DNA of 64,000 nucleotides from Squalus acanthias (Eukaryota): NCBI GenBank assembly GCA_030390025.1, contig CM059430.1, positions 74,524,001 to 74,588,000 of the forward strand, read 5' to 3'. Shown piece by piece: positions 60,142 to 64,000 of this stretch (position 1 is its first letter; each line of letters starts with the position of its first letter). The notes under the pieces were generated by a model. It saw only the letters and a program-made list of their open reading frames with translations, ran no database searches and was not told where the DNA came from. The position numbers and the translations under genes were made by a program.

Positions 60142-60823
60142 GGGCCGTATTTTCCGATCGGAGGCTTCCCGCGTGCGGAGGCCTCCGAACCGGAAAACAT
60201 CTACCTGAGGGCTTCCGAGGTGCGTATAGCTCCGATACTGGGCCTCTCCAACTCTAAGTGCCAGGGGCGTATGCGGTTCACATGCGAAGAAGGGAATCTC
60301 CCTTCATATACTTGACAGATAGACCTGCCAAATATATGAATGGAGATCAATGAAAAAACATATTAAAACTTTAAATAACTTAAAAAGCATCACCTTTTCA
60401 AAATTTATGGAAATTACAATAAATTAAATACTTTAAACAAAAATTAATTTTTTTGACGAAAATAATTAAAGATTTTTGCGAGGCTAAAAATAAACTTACC
60501 ATTTTAAAAGTATTTTTAAATGATAAATGATTGGAATTTTTTTTTCAAATCTTATCCTGGTAAAAGCAGGCCTTACACCTGCTTTTACCAGGCGAAAGAA
60601 TTCTAAGGGATTTCTGTGTGCGTGAGGGTCTCCAGAAAGCGGAACTATCCGCCCGCAGAGGCACTTCTCCAGGGCAGGCGTCCGATCTGTAAAGAAGATT
60701 CTCGGCAGATTGGAATGCCGTTTTCAGCGCATGCGATGTGCATGCCTGGAACGGGCATTTCCGATGTCCCTACAGGTGTGTACAGAGTGCGTACCCACCC
60801 GTAGGGATCGGAATATCCAGGCC
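60142..60823. mobile_element. Family B MITE
   Basis: GGGCCGTATTTTCCGATC ... GATCGGAATATCCAGGCC. Confidence 0.82.
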
Positions 60824-60907
60824 ACGTCTTGCATAGGAACAGGCGCTTTTTTTTCCATGAAGTCCGCACTGGTGCTTGTTCCAGTGAAGCCATTTGTTCT
60901 AAACGTT

Positions 60908-61812
60908 GGCTCTGAATTCGCGGTCGGTATGAGGGCATAATTTCAGAGTACACTGTCATACTGCTTTTGAAATTGACTGCATGCGCTAAATCCCGAACTT
61001 GCGATCCGTCAAATTCCTATTCCGCATCGGCTTCGCTGCATATTTCACCTACCCATTGAAATCAATGAGCTGGCGAAAAGTTGGGCTAATTGCCGACCTC
61101 CTGCAATTTATTAACCCGAAAATGTTTACAGCTGGTGCAAGCAGGCGCAGAAGCCTGTTGCACAGTGTAAGGGGAGGGAGGATGAGAAAAGTGTATAATT
61201 TTGATCTCGATTTACGCTACAGCCCATAAAACGCATCCTCATCGGGTTTTGTGATTTTAAGAAAGCCTTCATAAAAATAATCTCAAGACTTGTCAGTGTT
61301 TGAATGAATTCTATAAATGTTCAAACCTTTGCTTGTGTATTAAATAATATTCCAATGATTGTAATTTATTAATAAAATGGCTTTTCTGGCTGCTAAATTA
61401 TTTTAAATGAGCTGTTTTAATAGTCAGCAATTTAAAAGCTGAAGCCTAATATTTAATCGTTTAATATATCAAAGCAAATGCGAATCAAAGAAAGATGCTT
61501 AAGCAATCTTTTGGATAGTGCAGTGTGAACAGTAAACATAAAACAAGGTCAGCTGCTTAGATGGACTTTCTGCAAAGCTTAATGCTGCGCCATCTAAGAT
61601 TTCTATGTTTCCTGCTTGGCTAAGAGTCAGTAAGTGAAAGGAGCAGCGCCCCACGTGATCCCAACGTTGCGTCCTGGGATCAGTGGGCCACCACACTGTG
61701 CACAACTCTGCAGCATATTCACAGAGAGGGATTCGAACGAGTTATGTGTGGATTTCGTTCCGATGTCGCTGGCGTACTCCTTAGCTACGCCGCCGACCAC
61801 AAATTCAAGGCC
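60908..61812. mobile_element. Harbinger-type MITE (family D)
   Basis: Imperfect 20-bp TIR GGCTCTGAATTCGCGGTCGG / CCGACCACAAATTCAAGGCC. Confidence 0.72.
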
Positions 61813-62839
61813 GATATTTCCTGTTATTTCCTAAACTCCTTAAAGTTTATTTCTTCCAAGAAAGTACCTAATTAATTTTGAAAGGAATTAATGGGCTTTG
61901 TATCAAAAATGGCTTAGGCAGAAATTTATGATTTTAATTTTAGGTGTGTAAATGTCTTATTTACTAATCTTTGCTAACATTTTTAACATAATGAGCCTTA
62001 AATGTATACTTCCATCATTATCCTACCGAATTTACACTGCATCATTCTCAAAGCTTTCATACGCTTCATATGGCAGTATGCACAGAACTGCAATAATAGA
62101 TCCACCATTATACTAAATAAAGACTTGTTTAAGCTTATATTGTGCTGTTTTCCTCTTTGGTCTATTGAATGCACGGCGATATTTAACAACCCATCCCCAT
62201 GCATAACAAGTTCCCCCTGCTCCCTTTTTACAGTTTTTCAAATCAAAACTTAACATTTATATGGAGAACCATTGGTGACAATTATCAATCCAAGCAAAAT
62301 GGTACTAAAGTGTTTACACTACATTACGATGGAAAAATTATTGGGCCCTGATATCTTTGCTTCGACGATTTTTGTAGTAACAAAGCAAATAATAAGGGGT
62401 TTCCAGTAGTTTTTCCAACTTCATACAGTGCGCCTAAGCTGGCAAACATTGAAACTCTCTTCAAAATTCAGACATTTAACAACGGGACAATTATAGGTAA
62501 ATTATCGCAAGTAATAATACAGGATAAACATTTTTACCCAAATGTGTGTTGCTCAGGATGAGTCAGCATAGATTTTAACCATCAGCTTGTGTTTCGCCAC
62601 CCCAAATTTGAAGTAACAGTAATGGGATTTAATTGCGTCATTTACACTTGTCCGATTGAAGAGTGTCATGTGTTCCACTTCTAATATTCTTTTACAATTA
62701 CGCTTTTGGATAGAATTTTGGAAAAGTTTGCCCTAATGTATTTTTGGAAGGAAAACGAAGATTGGGACTACAGATTATATCGAAAAACACTAAATAGCTT
62801 GCACGATGGAGGGGTGGGTGTGCACGTCTGGGAAAGAGG

Positions 62840-63748
62840 AAGAGTAAAAATAATGAAAGAAGATATTAGAAAACTTGTAGACTGGGAAGTTATGTGGCAA
62901 ATGAGCGTTAAGATAATAAGAACATCAAGATAAATGAGACGTGATGCAATTCGGTAGGAAATACAGAAACATCACCTTCATTTTAGAAAATAAGAAATTG
63001 AATGGGGTAGAAAAGTAGAAAAGCAAAGGGATCTAAGGATACGTGTGAACAGATCAATAAATTAAAATATCGCAGGTCAGCAAATCACTTAATAATGCTA
63101 ACAAACCAATGGGATATGTGTCTAGTGTTAAATAATTCAATAGGAATGAAGTTATGTTAAACATGTATATGACCCTGGTCAGGCCGCACTAGAGTACGTT
63201 GCACATGTCTAGTCTCCATACGATGAAAAGGAAAGAACCACTGCAGGTGGTGCCAAAAAGATGTACAACGAAGGTACTGGAGCTGAGAGACTACAGCTAT
63301 CGGGAAAGATAGAATATGTTGGTGTATTTTTCTTTAGATAAGAGTTGGTTTAGAAGGGACCTGAAAGAGGCCTTTAAAATTATGAATGGGTTGAACAGGG
63401 TAGTTGTAGAGAGAATGTTTCCAATTGTTGTAGAATTCTAAACTGGGGGCCATAAATACAAGATAGTTACTATTATGTCCAATAGGGAAATAAGAAGCAA
63501 TTTATTTACTCAGAGAATGTTAGAATGTAGAACTCGCTACCAGAGTAAGTGGTTGAGGCGACTAGCTTAGAAGCTTTCAGAACTAATCTGGTCGAGTACG
63601 TGAGAGAAAAGGGAATAGGAATGATATACTGAAAGGCTGAGACGAGGTAGATAGAATGGGGAAGGCTCGTGTGGAGTGTAAACACCAGCACATATTAGTT
63701 GGGCTGACTGGCCCATTTCTGTGCTGTATATTCCATGCTATTCTATAT
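62840..63748 (+). mobile_element. Old CR1 3' fragment
   Basis: DIRKLVDW..WQM, ctggtcaggccgcactagagtac, 3' UTR. Confidence 0.75.
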
Positions 63749-64000
63749 ATATTTAATGAACGCAGCGAATTATATGATCGTGTTTTCAATATACCGTATA
63801 CTAAAATGGGTTTAATTCCAGACATAAGTTCTTCTAAATACCTTTATAGCAATCGGTGGTTCGAATCGCTGCATGCAGCACCGAGTTTCATACCGTAAAC
63901 ATAAGCTTACACGGATATTAAGTACGTTAATCTCTGTGAAAAATTCCTTTCAATGCTTGGTCCTACCACACCCTAATATGATGCAGTATAAGTGAAAGTT

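Noticed and set aside
63842-63960. Gene 2 TM exon candidate (AAG|gtattt donor)
   Set aside because: The required frame has a stop and no hydrophobic segment; the TM and Ig exons are likely outside the window
1-64000. CRISPR arrays, rRNA or prokaryotic operons
   Set aside because: None seen; the sequence is intron-containing vertebrate-type DNA

Overview
Repeat-rich eukaryotic DNA, most likely from a cartilaginous fish (inferred from the CR1/L2/Penelope/Deu-SINE mix). It holds a tandem pair of minus-strand Ig-superfamily inhibitory receptor genes. Gene 1 is complete: 7 coding exons at 12202..1435, about 346 aa, signal peptide-V(J)-C1-TM-ITIM tail, SIRP-like. Only the three cytoplasmic-tail exons of paralogous gene 2 (59938..56973) were found. 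Between them is an 8.1-kb decayed provirus (25599..33720) with ~1.15-kb LTRs and a 4-bp CCTT target-site duplication (TSD). Its gag has a CCHC knuckle and a PSAP motif, and a UGA-CUAG in-frame stop separates gag from pro. RT and integrase are deleted. Its env, probably spliced, looks like a paramyxo/baculo-F-type class I fusion protein with an N-terminal Ig-like domain, an architecture resembling lokiretroviruses; this is the most novel object in the window. The rest is nested LINEs, a Penelope element with a minimal hammerhead ribozyme, a tRNA-headed single-ORF LINE with its head+tail SINE, about 12 PIF/Harbinger-type MITEs carrying splice-donor and promoter motifs, and a duplicated non-coding block upstream of gene 1. 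All calls are by eye, without database searches.
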